In this document: in pieces, positions 1 to 10,031 of the stretch | Layout of the letters: every line of letters starts with the position of its first letter | Numbering within the stretch: position 1 is the stretch's first letter | DNA from: a virus | Taxonomy: Duplodnaviria > Caudoviricetes | Strand: one strand, 5' to 3' | IMG/VR virus record: IMGVR_UViG_3300036851_000134 | Span: 1-53,450 of that record | DNA length: 53,450 nucleotides | The notes under the pieces: generated by a model | What the model was told of the DNA's origin: nothing | Database searches by the model: none | The model's input: the letters and a program-made list of their open reading frames with translations, nothing else | Program-made: the position numbers and the translations under genes

Positions 1-127
1 CAACGGGTCATGCGACGAAGCCCGCGCCGAACATGACAGCGGCGGATTTGAGAGCGGCAGCGGCCAAGAAACCGTATCGATCAAAGAAGATGGTGGCAGG
101 CTGGCGTTCGATGGGGTTGGGTTCAAC
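1..127. repeat. Terminal direct repeat (assembly overlap of a circular contig), copy 1
   Basis: 1-127 is identical to 53324-53450. 127 nt is a common assembler k-mer length, and an ORF reads through the junction. Confidence 0.95.
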
Positions 128-152
128 GGCGGGCATGGATTCAATGTGAAAT

Positions 153-557
153 ATGCCGTTCTACAACGAAGGCACTCGCAACGAGCAGAACGATCCGCTG
201 TTGAAAGTGCTAATGAAGGTGCTCATGGCTTTGCGCACCCTCGCAACAAACCTTTTCCCATCAATTGACTTGAGTTCTCCAAGCTTTTATCTCGAAGGTT
301 CGACGCCGGTTTTGACGGACACGAAATACAAAGTGGCCCAGAAGATCCTCGGAGTCTTGAACGACTTAAACGACGCAATCGGCGGAGCCGGTGGTGGCGG
401 TGGAGCAGGGTGCTCCGTGTTTTCACGTAGACGATCCGGTGTCGGCGATCCAAACGGATCGGTGTCGGGCTGTGTCGGAGAGACTTACATCGACACTTCT
501 ACGGGGCAAATTTGGGCAAAGGTTTCCGGTGCAAACACAACCACAGGTTGGTCATGA
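153..557 (+). CDS. Small virion/tail-associated protein
   Basis: Lies two genes after the major capsid across the junction. Has a Gly linker and a C-terminal GDPNG..G..YIDT.TG.IW.K.SG..TGW motif typical of phage tail proteins. Confidence 0.55.
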   Translation: MPFYNEGTRNEQNDPLLKVLMKVLMALRTLATNLFPSIDLSSPSFYLEGSTPVLTDTKYKVAQKILGVLNDLNDAIGGAGGGGGAGCSVFSRRRSGVGDPNGSVSGCVGETYIDTSTGQIWAKVSGANTTTGWS

Positions 558-3500
558 AATATTTACTGATTTTCTTCACGTGCCTTGGTGTTTGGGCTCA
601 AGGCACAGCACCCACAACCCGCTTTAACAGCGTAGCGGACATGGTTGCAGCAACCATCTACAGTCCGACAACAATCAAGAGTTGTATCTTGTCTGGGTAT
701 TACTCGGCCAACGACGGTGGCGGTGGGATTTTCTACATTGTCGCTAACCAAACAAGCACAAACACAGGTATAAAGATTGCGTCCAGCACAGCGGGGTTTA
801 GTTGGAATCGAGAACGCGGTCCATCCGATGGTGTGAATGTCAAGTGGTTTGGCGCAAAGGGCGATGGCGTTACAGACGATCGTGTGGCGATCAAAGCCGC
901 AATAGACGCAGTAAATACCATCGGTGGAGGGGTGGTGTTTTTCCCAACTGGCACCTATGTGACGAGTCAGGACACACCATCAGCCGACTGGGTAACAATT
1001 CCAAGCGGAGTAACGCTGAAAGGCGAAAACGTTCAAACCACAATCATTAAAACGAAGGTTGCGCCCGCTGACAATTACGCGGCGATCTTTTCACGCGGAA
1101 CGATCAATGCCGGGATCGAGAACATGACCCTTCAAGGCTACAAAGCAGCCGCTCCCGGAGCAGCAGGAAACTACGGCATTGGTGTGTATTTGCAGGGGAC
1201 GACCAACTTCGTAGGTCGAAACCTGATCCTGAAGGATTTTTGGTTTGACGGGTTCAGTGAGGCTGACAACACGAACGGAGTTGTTAGCAGAGACAACCTT
1301 TGGGAAAACATTTTGGCTACGGGAAATCGGCGTCAGGGCGGAACCATAACCGCAAGCGACGGTACCACCGTGAGAAATTCGGTTTTTGAACTCACCGGAG
1401 GCGCATCACCCGAAGCGGGCATGGACGTTGAGCCGAATAGCAGTGAATCCGTGATGAATCTGCGCATTGAAGGTTGCAGGTTCTCGAACAACACTGGCAA
1501 CGGTCTTTATTTGAACCTCGGATCAGGAATCACCATCACAAACGTTGTGATTACAGACGCGACCGCAAACAATAACGGCGTGTCTGGAGTCCAGCTCCAG
1601 GGCGCAACTGATGTATCCATCGTAAACCTCGTAACCACAACGAACACACTCAACGGCCTCGGGATCACCACTTCAACGAATATCACCTCCAGCGGTGGGG
1701 AATACTCTTACAATGTAAACGTTGGCATTCGCGTTTCGAATCATTCTCGGAACATTTCTCTTACCGGCGGGGCGTCTCATAACAATGGAGATCACGGCAT
1801 TGAGCTGGGCGCTTCCGCCTCTGGCGTTGCGATGGGAGTGGTGATTGACGGTTTGCACTCCCACAGCAACGGCGGAGATGGAATTAACCTTCGTGGCGTT
1901 GGAAATGTGGTGAGTAATTGCCTTGTCGATCGAAACAATAAACACGGCATTGATCTGATCAGTCAGGATCACGGCATCATCATTGGAAATCAGGTTTCGG
2001 AAAACAGCCAACTCACTCACAACACTTACAGCGGAATCGTTCTGTCCGATTCCAGCAGTTGGAATAGGATTGACGACAACACCATTGCGTGGAGCCGAAT
2101 TTACAACGATGGGGTTGCCCAGGCGGGGGGCGCATCCACGGTCACGATTAGCGCCAATTCCTCTGCGGTGGATGACATCTACAACACGCTGGAAATCGTG
2201 GTGTCAACCAATTCCACTACGTTCCAAACGAACACCATCACAGACTACGTTGCCGCCACCAAAGTCGTTACTGTGTCAACGCCGTGGGGGACAACGCCGG
2301 CAGTCAATTGGGATTACATAATCCGCACTCCAAAGAGCCACAAATACGGCATCATCAGCGCGACCGCATACAACAACGTCGCCGAGAACAACACCTTTCA
2401 CGGCGTCGGAACTGCCTTTTTTTCGGACGGCGGAACGAGCAACCAGTTTACCGGCATATCCTGGCGGGGATTAACCAGCGGAACAGTGACGGTTAAACCG
2501 GCTGCGGCGGCGGGGACCTACACGTTGACTTTGCCAACGACAGATGGCGCTGCTTCTGAGTTCCTACAGACCGATGGTGCTGGAGTATTAACGTGGGCTG
2601 CTGCGGGTGGAGCGAGCGCGTTGTCCGCCCTCACAGCAGCCGTCGCCGGAAACAGCATCAATAACGGGGACAACGCTCAAACGTGGAATGCGAGCCTGAC
2701 GACTGCGGGCAGGGATTTCCTGACGATCAGCGAGAACGTTGCAAGCACGGCGACGGGTGATGCTGCGTTGCTTCAGCTTTCGACGATTGCGGCAAGCACA
2801 GCGATTCCGCTGCTTGTCGATGCTCTCGGGGTTGAACGTTTGCGAGTGCGCGCAGACGGAACGTATGTGGAATTTGGGCAAACCACAGGCATGGGAATGA
2901 TTAAGACAAGCGGAGCCGGAACAGCGGCAGCTCCAACTTGGTCATTTTTCAACAATTCAAATCTCGGCGTCTATCGCGTTGGGGCTGATGCGATGGGATT
3001 TGTTTCCGCTGGTGCCACAATCGCGCAGATCACATCAGGAGGACTAAGGTTTCAGGCGGTCACGCTCGGAACAACTGCCGGTGATACTGGAACTGACTCA
3101 ACTCAGAAAACTCTTGCCACTTACCAAGCTGGAGTTAAACAAGCTTTGCAAGGTGTCATCTTCACCGCCACCGCAGATGCGAGCGTCACGAATACCATGA
3201 CCGGCGCAACAATCCTTGGCACTGGTGTTGGAACCAAGACGCTGCCAGCGAATTTCTTTGTTGCTGGCAAGACGGTGCGTGTGAAGTGGAGCGGTGTTTA
3301 TAGCTCTGACGCCGTGACGCCTGGCACCATGACTGTCGATTTCCGGCTCGGTGGTAACATTGAAGCCACAAGCGCGGCATTCACAATGCCAACCAGCGGT
3401 AACTCATCGACAATCGTTGAGGGCGAACTTACTTGCACATGCCGGACAACGGGAGCTTCTGGAACCATGTCGATTGTTGGTTGGGTTTCGTTTGAGACTT

Positions 3501-3670
3501 CCACGGCTGGTTCAGATGTCCGGTTTGCTGTCGTCAACGGGTCAGGCAATCAACCTGCCGTGGCTGATACAACCGCAGCCCTCGCCATCGACGTGCAAGC
3601 TGACTGGGGCACCGCCGATGCAGACAACGGTATCACGGTGCAGAATGTGACTATAGAAGTGCTGAACTGA
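554..3670 (+). CDS. Tailspike / parallel beta-helix depolymerase-like protein (pectate lyase 3-type N-terminal domain)
   Basis: GYYSANDGGGG and VNVKWFGAKGDGVTDD..AI.AAI...GGGVVFFP.GTY motifs, followed by Asn/Gly-rich beta-helix repeats. Start set at ATG 554 (ATGA overlap with the upstream stop). Confidence 0.85.
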   Translation: MKYLLIFFTCLGVWAQGTAPTTRFNSVADMVAATIYSPTTIKSCILSGYYSANDGGGGIFYIVANQTSTNTGIKIASSTAGFSWNRERGPSDGVNVKWFGAKGDGVTDDRVAIKAAIDAVNTIGGGVVFFPTGTYVTSQDTPSADWVTIPSGVTLKGENVQTTIIKTKVAPADNYAAIFSRGTINAGIENMTLQGYKAAAPGAAGNYGIGVYLQGTTNFVGRNLILKDFWFDGFSEADNTNGVVSRDNLWENILATGNRRQGGTITASDGTTVRNSVFELTGGASPEAGMDVEPNSSESVMNLRIEGCRFSNNTGNGLYLNLGSGITITNVVITDATANNNGVSGVQLQGATDVSIVNLVTTTNTLNGLGITTSTNITSSGGEYSYNVNVGIRVSNHSRNISLTGGASHNNGDHGIELGASASGVAMGVVIDGLHSHSNGGDGINLRGVGNVVSNCLVDRNNKHGIDLISQDHGIIIGNQVSENSQLTHNTYSGIVLSDSSSWNRIDDNTIAWSRIYNDGVAQAGGASTVTISANSSAVDDIYNTLEIVVSTNSTTFQTNTITDYVAATKVVTVSTPWGTTPAVNWDYIIRTPKSHKYGIISATAYNNVAENNTFHGVGTAFFSDGGTSNQFTGISWRGLTSGTVTVKPAAAAGTYTLTLPTTDGAASEFLQTDGAGVLTWAAAGGASALSALTAAVAGNSINNGDNAQTWNASLTTAGRDFLTISENVASTATGDAALLQLSTIAASTAIPLLVDALGVERLRVRADGTYVEFGQTTGMGMIKTSGAGTAAAPTWSFFNNSNLGVYRVGADAMGFVSAGATIAQITSGGLRFQAVTLGTTAGDTGTDSTQKTLATYQAGVKQALQGVIFTATADASVTNTMTGATILGTGVGTKTLPANFFVAGKTVRVKWSGVYSSDAVTPGTMTVDFRLGGNIEATSAAFTMPTSGNSSTIVEGELTCTCRTTGASGTMSIVGWVSFETSTAGSDVRFAVVNGSGNQPAVADTTAALAIDVQADWGTADADNGITVQNVTIEVLN

Positions 3671-3671
3671 T

Positions 3672-3908
3672 ATGAGCGAAAGCATCAAGTTGAACCTGTC
3701 GCGCCTTGGTCTTACAATAGCCATTCTCACTGGTGTTGGTGCGTTTGGAAGCGCGTGGGTTGTATTACCAACACGAGTGTCAGCGCATGACATTGCGATC
3801 AGCAAACTTGAAGGTGCTCACAACGAGTTGAACAAAGAACTGTTGAGAGTGAGGGTTTTGTTAGAGCGTATCGATGAGCGCACAGTTCGAATCGAAAAGA
3901 AACCATAA
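3672..3908 (+). CDS. Small membrane protein with coiled coil (lysis cassette, holin/antiholin-like)
   Basis: One transmembrane segment then a coiled coil ending LERIDER; lies just before the holin and spanins. Confidence 0.5.
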   Translation: MSESIKLNLSRLGLTIAILTGVGAFGSAWVVLPTRVSAHDIAISKLEGAHNELNKELLRVRVLLERIDERTVRIEKKP

Positions 3909-3912
3909 ATCT

Positions 3913-4143
3913 ATGCCAGACCTAACCGATACCGAAATCCAACGGCGCAAGACCAGTTGGAAAACCACAACCGCAGGACTGGTTACCGCCATTGCTGCTG
4001 TCGCGAATGCCATCAGTCTTTTGCTCGATAACAACTCGGCAACAAACCCGGATTGGACAGCAACGATTGCGGCGGTTAGTGCCGGACTCGGACTCCTATT
4101 CGCGCGCGACAACAAGGTGCGATCTGAGGACGTGGGCGCATGA
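3913..4143 (+). CDS. Holin
   Basis: SWKTTTAG..., two hydrophobic helices and a GLLFARD C-terminus, as in small two-TM phage holins. Confidence 0.7.
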   Translation: MPDLTDTEIQRRKTSWKTTTAGLVTAIAAVANAISLLLDNNSATNPDWTATIAAVSAGLGLLFARDNKVRSEDVGA

Positions 4144-4448
4144 CATCGGTTGTTGCGTTCTTGTTCGCGTTGCTGAACGCGGTGCCAGCGGTTCGGGACA
4201 TATTCCGCCAACTGGTGGCTCTGGAAAACAAAGCTAATGAAGCTGAAGCTCAATCGCGGTTGGCATCCAAAGAAGCTTTGGTTGATCGCGCTATTACTGA
4301 CGTTCTTGAGCATCGCAAGCGGATGCAGTCTATTCCATCAGCGGCACAACAACAGCCAGCGGTTGGTTCAACGGGCGGACTTCTCAAAGGCAGCGGAAGC
4401 GGCACCGGAATGGGTGCGGGACGCACTGAGAACTATCAACAGACTTGA
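4140..4448 (+). CDS. i-spanin (Rz-like)
   Basis: N-terminal hydrophobic anchor plus coiled coil; overlaps an out-of-frame lipoprotein gene. Confidence 0.55.
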   Translation: MTSVVAFLFALLNAVPAVRDIFRQLVALENKANEAEAQSRLASKEALVDRAITDVLEHRKRMQSIPSAAQQQPAVGSTGGLLKGSGSGTGMGAGRTENYQQT

Positions 4449-4470
4449 ATTCGAACTAGAACGGAAATGA
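4237..4470 (+). CDS. o-spanin (Rz1-like lipoprotein)
   Basis: Hydrophobic stretch and lipobox IASG-C, in the +1 frame overlapping the putative i-spanin. The true start may be further downstream. Confidence 0.6.
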   Translation: MKLKLNRGWHPKKLWLIALLLTFLSIASGCSLFHQRHNNSQRLVQRADFSKAAEAAPEWVRDALRTINRLEFELERK

Positions 4471-4472
4471 TT

Positions 4473-4595
4473 ATGCCAAGTGAACTCCCTCAAGTCCAAG
4501 CCTGCGGCAGTTGCGACACAAGCGGCACGAACGCCGCGGACGCTGCCACACCGGATACTGCGTCGCCACCGCCGTGCGAATGTGACGAAGACTGA
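4473..4595 (+). CDS. Small acidic Cys-containing hypothetical protein (40 aa)
   Basis: MPSELPQVQACGSCD...PPPCECDED fills the gap between genes; its TGA overlaps the next ATG. Confidence 0.4.
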   Translation: MPSELPQVQACGSCDTSGTNAADAATPDTASPPPCECDED

Positions 4596-6685
4596 TGCCT
4601 GAACTTCTCACAGAACGGGTTTATGACGGTATCAGCACAAGTGAAGGCGGTGTTGACACTGGCATATCGCCTTTGCTTGTTCCGCGGAACCGTTTGGCTG
4701 GTGCTTACAACGTGACGGTTCGCGGCGGTCGCCCGCATCCGCGACCTGGCATCAATACGCGCGCTTTGGACTTCGACGGTGATGCCACACTGCAAACGCG
4801 GTTTGAGGACAACCGTTTTCAGGGTGCCACGACGTATTACGATGAGGTTGGTGAACCGTGGATTGTGGTTGCCATCGGCGGGCGTGTGTTCAGGATCAAC
4901 CCGGCGAATTTCTTTGTTCAAGACATCTCGATTGCAACCGATCTCAATTCCAGTTTGACCCAGTGTTACTTCGTTCAAGCCGAACAATTCCTGATCATGC
5001 AAGATGGCCAATCGTTGGCTTGGATTTACGATGGGGTAACGGCGCGCAGAGCGAATCCGTTGCTCAAAGAGGTTCCGACCGGCACCGTGATGGCTTACGG
5101 GCAAGGGCGCTTGTGGGTTGCCAAAGGGCGCTACTTTGCAGCAGGCGATATTGTAGGCGGTTCTAGCGGTTCAGCGATATACAATTACCGTAACGCAGTC
5201 CTAAAGTTTACCGAGAACGCATTCATTGCTGGCGGCGGTGCGTTCTACGTTCCGCAACAGAGCGGCAACATCACGGCCATGCTGTTCCCGGCGCGCCAGG
5301 ACACGGCTACCGGCGAAGGTGCGTTGAAGATATTCACGCAAGACGCCATTTACAGTGTGGAAGTGCCCGTTGAACGGCTTGTGTGGCAATCGTTGCAGCA
5401 ACCTGTTCAAACCGTGACTGTGCTGGGTGGCGGGTCAATGTCCGACAGCGTGATCAGCGTTAACAGCGACTTGTTCTATCGCAGCCGGGACGGAATCCGA
5501 TCGTTGCTGCTTGCGCAACGGCATTTCGGCGAACTTGGCAACACTCCAATCTCCCGGGAAATGGCGTATTACATCGGGTTCGACAGCGACATCTGGTTGA
5601 ATTGGTTCTCGGGCGTGTTGTTCGACAGCCGGTTGCTCGTGACGCTTTGGCCGTCATCGACTGAAACAAGCAGGTCCACGACAGGAACAGTTACAACTTT
5701 GGCACCGTTCACTGCGCCTGCGGTTGGTTCACAAGTGGGCGTCACTGTTCGTGGCGCAAGTGGGTTGACGGATGAAGCCACCTACGAACTCAGTGCGCTC
5801 GGAGTCAATTACAAGGTCAAAAGTATCACAGGCGATTTCGTTCAATTGGAAAACTTGACGGACGTTGCCGGGACAGTTCGCGCCGCGGGTCAAACGTTTC
5901 GCGTGGCGGCAGTGGCGGCGACTTACAGCGAAACGATCAACACCAGCAGCATTCAGCATCGCGGGTTGGCGTCGCTCAATTTCGATACGGTAGCGAATGT
6001 GCGCGAGAAACTGCCTCCGGCGTGGGAAGGTATGTGGACACTACCGGCGAACATCAATCTCTTGGAACCGTTGACGATCAAGGTCAGCGGGAAAGAGCGT
6101 TGTTTCCTGATCACCTACAACACGAGCACAGACAAGATTTCGTTGCACGAATTGAGCATGGGAGATCTGAACGACGGCGGTACAGATATCACCTGGGAAA
6201 TTGAGACAGGTGAGCTCGGCAGTGAAGATCGCATGTCGCCGACTCGCGAACAACCGCAGATGCTCACGCTTGAAGGCGGCAAGATTTGGCTGCAATCGTT
6301 GGTCGGCAGCATTTCAATGGATGTTTGGTACACACCGGACGATCATCCGTGTTGGTATACGTGGGTTTCGTCTCGAGTACGTTGTCAGACTTCGTGTGTG
6401 TCCACGCCCGGAGGGCCGAGTGTGTGCGTGCCGCCTGTGCCGTTTCAACCGCAGTTTCGGCGCATGGTCTTGCCAGCTCCACCCATAACCTGCAACGCAC
6501 CGGCAGGTTCAACGAGCAATATCGGGAACAGGTTCCGAGTGAGAATTCGCATTGCCGGTCAAGCGGAACTGCTTCCTGTTCGGTTGCGAATGAAACAGGA
6601 ACCCGAAGATCCATACGGCGGAGACGCTTGCACAGCCAGCGAAAGCTGTCAGACTGTTCAATGTTGTGATGTGTCTCCGCCTTGA
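4595..6685 (+). CDS. Tail hub/nozzle protein (P22 gp10 / T7 gp12-like)
   Basis: 696 aa, beta-rich propeller-like sequence; position in a podovirus tail module. Confidence 0.65.
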   Translation: MPELLTERVYDGISTSEGGVDTGISPLLVPRNRLAGAYNVTVRGGRPHPRPGINTRALDFDGDATLQTRFEDNRFQGATTYYDEVGEPWIVVAIGGRVFRINPANFFVQDISIATDLNSSLTQCYFVQAEQFLIMQDGQSLAWIYDGVTARRANPLLKEVPTGTVMAYGQGRLWVAKGRYFAAGDIVGGSSGSAIYNYRNAVLKFTENAFIAGGGAFYVPQQSGNITAMLFPARQDTATGEGALKIFTQDAIYSVEVPVERLVWQSLQQPVQTVTVLGGGSMSDSVISVNSDLFYRSRDGIRSLLLAQRHFGELGNTPISREMAYYIGFDSDIWLNWFSGVLFDSRLLVTLWPSSTETSRSTTGTVTTLAPFTAPAVGSQVGVTVRGASGLTDEATYELSALGVNYKVKSITGDFVQLENLTDVAGTVRAAGQTFRVAAVAATYSETINTSSIQHRGLASLNFDTVANVREKLPPAWEGMWTLPANINLLEPLTIKVSGKERCFLITYNTSTDKISLHELSMGDLNDGGTDITWEIETGELGSEDRMSPTREQPQMLTLEGGKIWLQSLVGSISMDVWYTPDDHPCWYTWVSSRVRCQTSCVSTPGGPSVCVPPVPFQPQFRRMVLPAPPITCNAPAGSTSNIGNRFRVRIRIAGQAELLPVRLRMKQEPEDPYGGDACTASESCQTVQCCDVSPP

Positions 6686-6698
6686 TTGACAAAATGCT

Positions 6699-7736
6699 AT
6701 GTCTGTTCCAGTTACATTAACAGCCGGTTCGTTGCCGGGAGGCTTTTGCCCGACCACATACCAGGCGCAGCTTGAAGCGTTTGTTGCCGCCATGTCCGCG
6801 TCCATCACAGGTGACAACAACAGCTTCAATTACGGATCGGCGGAACCCGCGTCAGAGAACCGAGGTCGGCCTTGGATTGAGATCGATGTCAACGGTCATA
6901 TCGTTTCAATCTCGAACTGGAACACTGCGCTTGGGATTTGGGACCCGTATGATGGCCGTCCGTATTTCGGGACAACGACGAATGTTGGCAATGACTACAC
7001 GCTTGCCATCAACGATCGGTCCATTGTCTCGGATGCAAGCGGGCATGGTCTGTTTTTCCTAGCTGAATTCAACTCTGCAAACACGGGCGCAGCGACCATG
7101 ACCATTGATTCGCCAACGGCTTTTAATCTTGGCCCATACCCTCTTAACAAGAACTTTAATCAAGCTCTTGTTGCCGGTGATATTTCAGCGACTCAATTGG
7201 TTTTATTTGCGTTCAATGATACTCGGAATGTGTTCGAGGTTTTGAGTGTGCTTCCGCTTCCCGCTGGAACAACGAAAAAAATTGCCGTTTTACAAGATCA
7301 AAAAGCAGATGGCACAGACGGTGGAACATTCACCACGGGCGCATGGCAAACCCGAACCATCAATACATTGGTAAGTGATCCAACTGGGATTATCACGAGC
7401 TTGGCATCCAATCAGATAGAACTTGCGACTGGCACATATACAATTCGTGCTGAGTGTGCAGCTTGTGTTCAGGTGGATCGTCATAGAATGCGAATTCAAA
7501 ATGTCACGGATGCAACCACAATAATTCAAGGACCAAACTCAGATGCAAATTCTGGAGCTGGTGCAAATGGTGAAGCCGGTGCTTACGTTGAAGGTCGAGT
7601 AACGGTGGCATCAGGCACAAAGAAATTCGAAATTCAACATCGTTGCCAGACAACCAGAGCCACAGATGGGTTCGGTGCAGATTGCACATTCGGAACGACA
7701 GAAGTGTATTTGCAGGTGATCGTGGAAAAGGACTAA
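6699..7736 (+). CDS. Tail fibre-like protein
   Basis: NTGAAT.TI and DGGTFTTGAWQTR.IN motifs seen in phage tail-fibre modules. Confidence 0.6.
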   Translation: MSVPVTLTAGSLPGGFCPTTYQAQLEAFVAAMSASITGDNNSFNYGSAEPASENRGRPWIEIDVNGHIVSISNWNTALGIWDPYDGRPYFGTTTNVGNDYTLAINDRSIVSDASGHGLFFLAEFNSANTGAATMTIDSPTAFNLGPYPLNKNFNQALVAGDISATQLVLFAFNDTRNVFEVLSVLPLPAGTTKKIAVLQDQKADGTDGGTFTTGAWQTRTINTLVSDPTGIITSLASNQIELATGTYTIRAECAACVQVDRHRMRIQNVTDATTIIQGPNSDANSGAGANGEAGAYVEGRVTVASGTKKFEIQHRCQTTRATDGFGADCTFGTTEVYLQVIVEKD

Positions 7737-7740
7737 ACGA

Positions 7741-8724
7741 ATGCGCCAAAGACTCGTAGACGCCAAAAACGCCAATCTCGGCTTGTCCATTGGCATTTGT
7801 TCGACTGACTCGCGCTTCACGACGTTGCTCAACGAAGCGCAACAGCGCATTGTGATGGGTCCCGAGCAATGGTGGAAGATCACGCAACGTTATCGTATTT
7901 CGGTTGCCGAAGGGTGCATCACCTGGCCGCGGCACATTGCTGCCATCGAATCGATATCGGCGTGCGGTATGCCGATGACGCTGCGCAATCCGTGGTTTGA
8001 GTTTCTTGAGTCCGGTTACGGGTTGCGTTCGTGTTCGTGTAACTGCGATTGGGGCGCTTACGATCGCGGCACTGCCGTCACATTCGACGACATCAAACCC
8101 ACCGGCAAACGGTTGCGATTTTACGTGGACGTAGCCGAAACCGCTGGTCAAACGATCATCGCCCAGGGTTACAACGATTCATCCGAATGGATCAGAACTC
8201 TCTCGGGTGGCGTGTATATCGACGGCGAAGCGATCAGTTTACCAAATGCAGTTGCTACACCGATTCTTTCCACAAACTTCTTTTCGTCTGTGACCGCTCT
8301 CATCCTTCCGGCGAGCAGGAACGGTATCCTGCGGCTTTACGAATACGACAACGCCGCGGCAACTCAACGGCAGATTGGCGTGTATGAACCGGACGAAACG
8401 ACGCCGGAATATCGGCGAACGTTCATCGGCGGCTTGTGCGATTCGACGGCGCGAACGGTTGACGCGATGGTCCGGCGCGAGTTCATTCCGGTATCGGCTG
8501 ACAACGATTGGTTGATGGTCGCCAACTTGCCGTCGTTAAAACTGATGATGATGTCGATTGATAGCGAGATGAAACGCGATTTCAACGCTGCGGCGTATTT
8601 CAAAGGTGAATGTTTCAATCTGCTGACGCGGGAGGCGGCGCATTACACAGGTCAAGGAAACGTCGCGCCGTTACGGATTGAAAGTGATATTTGGAACGCC
8701 GGAAACATCCCATGTCTGTATTGA
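7741..8724 (+). CDS. Head-tail adaptor / tail tubular A-like protein
   Basis: N-terminal LLNEAQQRI helix, size and synteny. Confidence 0.5.
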   Translation: MRQRLVDAKNANLGLSIGICSTDSRFTTLLNEAQQRIVMGPEQWWKITQRYRISVAEGCITWPRHIAAIESISACGMPMTLRNPWFEFLESGYGLRSCSCNCDWGAYDRGTAVTFDDIKPTGKRLRFYVDVAETAGQTIIAQGYNDSSEWIRTLSGGVYIDGEAISLPNAVATPILSTNFFSSVTALILPASRNGILRLYEYDNAAATQRQIGVYEPDETTPEYRRTFIGGLCDSTARTVDAMVRREFIPVSADNDWLMVANLPSLKLMMMSIDSEMKRDFNAAAYFKGECFNLLTREAAHYTGQGNVAPLRIESDIWNAGNIPCLY

Positions 8725-9197
8725 CTGAAGCTAAACGGGCTCCGTTGACCAAGCTGGAATTGCGCGAGCGCATTTTCAAGTTTGAAAGCGTGCTCGCACA
8801 GCATCCTGGTGCGATCTTTGGGAATTCGGATTTGTGTCCGTTGAAACATACGTTTGCGCCCGGGATGTACATCCGCGAGATCTTCATTCCAGCAGGCACA
8901 ATGTTGACTGGAAAGATTCATCGGCATACGCATCCGAGGTTTCTGTTGTCCGGCACATTGACGGTTGTTACGGAAAGCGGCGGTGTCGAGCACATGACCG
9001 GGCCGCTCTCCTTGATTTCCTTGGCGGGCAGCAAACGAGTGGTATACGCTCACACAGATGTTGTTTCGGTGACGGTCCATCATAACCCTGACAACATCAC
9101 CGATTTGGAGAAACTTGAAGAAATGATCATCGCACCAGATTACGAATCTCTGGAGAAAGGAACCGAATGTCATTCATCGCCCTTGCAGTTGGCGTAG
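8712..9197 (+). CDS. Cupin-fold protein
   Basis: HTFAPGMYIREIFIPAG..LTGKIHRHTH...G.KR..YAH.D....TVH; a cupin family that recurs upstream of podophage ejection genes. Confidence 0.7.
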   Translation: MSVLTEAKRAPLTKLELRERIFKFESVLAQHPGAIFGNSDLCPLKHTFAPGMYIREIFIPAGTMLTGKIHRHTHPRFLLSGTLTVVTESGGVEHMTGPLSLISLAGSKRVVYAHTDVVSVTVHHNPDNITDLEKLEEMIIAPDYESLEKGTECHSSPLQLA

Positions 9198-10030
9198 CTG
9201 CCATCGGTGCCGGTGCGGCGATGTCCGCAAACGCTGCCGGTAAAAAAAAGAAAGAGCTACGCGGTATTGCCGATACGCCTGGGCTGGATATTGGCGGTGT
9301 TCAAAGCGAAGCCATCGAAGCGAATCTTTCGAATTTAGCCGATGCAGAGTCGCTTGCATCAAAGGTTAACCAGTTCAATCAGGATGAACTGATCAAACAA
9401 TTGCGAGCGGCAATTCCGAACTTCGACGAAATTACGGGTGGGGTGGGTCAGACGATTGAAAGTTTGGTGTCAGGAGAGCTTCCGAAGGATGTTCGAGATG
9501 CCATGGTCAATTTCGGTGCGGAACGAAACGTGGCTTCCGGGCTCGGGTCCCGCAGTGAGATTGGAGCAAACAGGATTGCGCGCGACCTTGGTTTAACGCG
9601 ACTGCAATTGCAGGGACAAGGGTTGGATGCCGCCATGCGCTGGTTGCAGGTCGGGAGAACGACGTTGGCTGCGCCGCAGTTTGACGTGACGAGTCAATTC
9701 ATCAGTCCGGCTGGAGCGATAAATCTTCGCAGCGCAGAACGATCTCAACGAATGAACCTGAATGCCGCCGCTGCAATGCAGAAAGGTGGCAACGAAATCT
9801 GGGGTGGGGCTTTGCAACAAGTAGGCGGTATGTTGGTAGGTGCGGGTGCTGGAGCCGCTCTTGGCGGCGGTGGCGGCGGAATGTTCGGTCAGAGTGGAAC
9901 GTTGGCAACTGGCATTGGCGGCATGGGTTATCAAGTGCCATCGAACTACGGAACATTGCCGTACGGTCAGCAGCTCAATTATTACAATATGCTACAGCGC
10001 AACTCGCAAATTCCCGGAGGATGGGAATAG
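9167..10030 (+). CDS. Internal virion / DNA ejection protein
   Basis: Ala/Gly-rich hydrophobic N-terminus and Gly-rich C-terminus, typical of P22 gp7-like pilot proteins. Confidence 0.6.
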   Translation: MSFIALAVGVAAIGAGAAMSANAAGKKKKELRGIADTPGLDIGGVQSEAIEANLSNLADAESLASKVNQFNQDELIKQLRAAIPNFDEITGGVGQTIESLVSGELPKDVRDAMVNFGAERNVASGLGSRSEIGANRIARDLGLTRLQLQGQGLDAAMRWLQVGRTTLAAPQFDVTSQFISPAGAINLRSAERSQRMNLNAAAAMQKGGNEIWGGALQQVGGMLVGAGAGAALGGGGGGMFGQSGTLATGIGGMGYQVPSNYGTLPYGQQLNYYNMLQRNSQIPGGWE

Positions 10031-10031
10031 T

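Noticed and set aside
1-127. Biological terminal repeat
   Set aside because: It is exactly 127 nt and lies inside an ORF, so it is best explained as assembler overlap.
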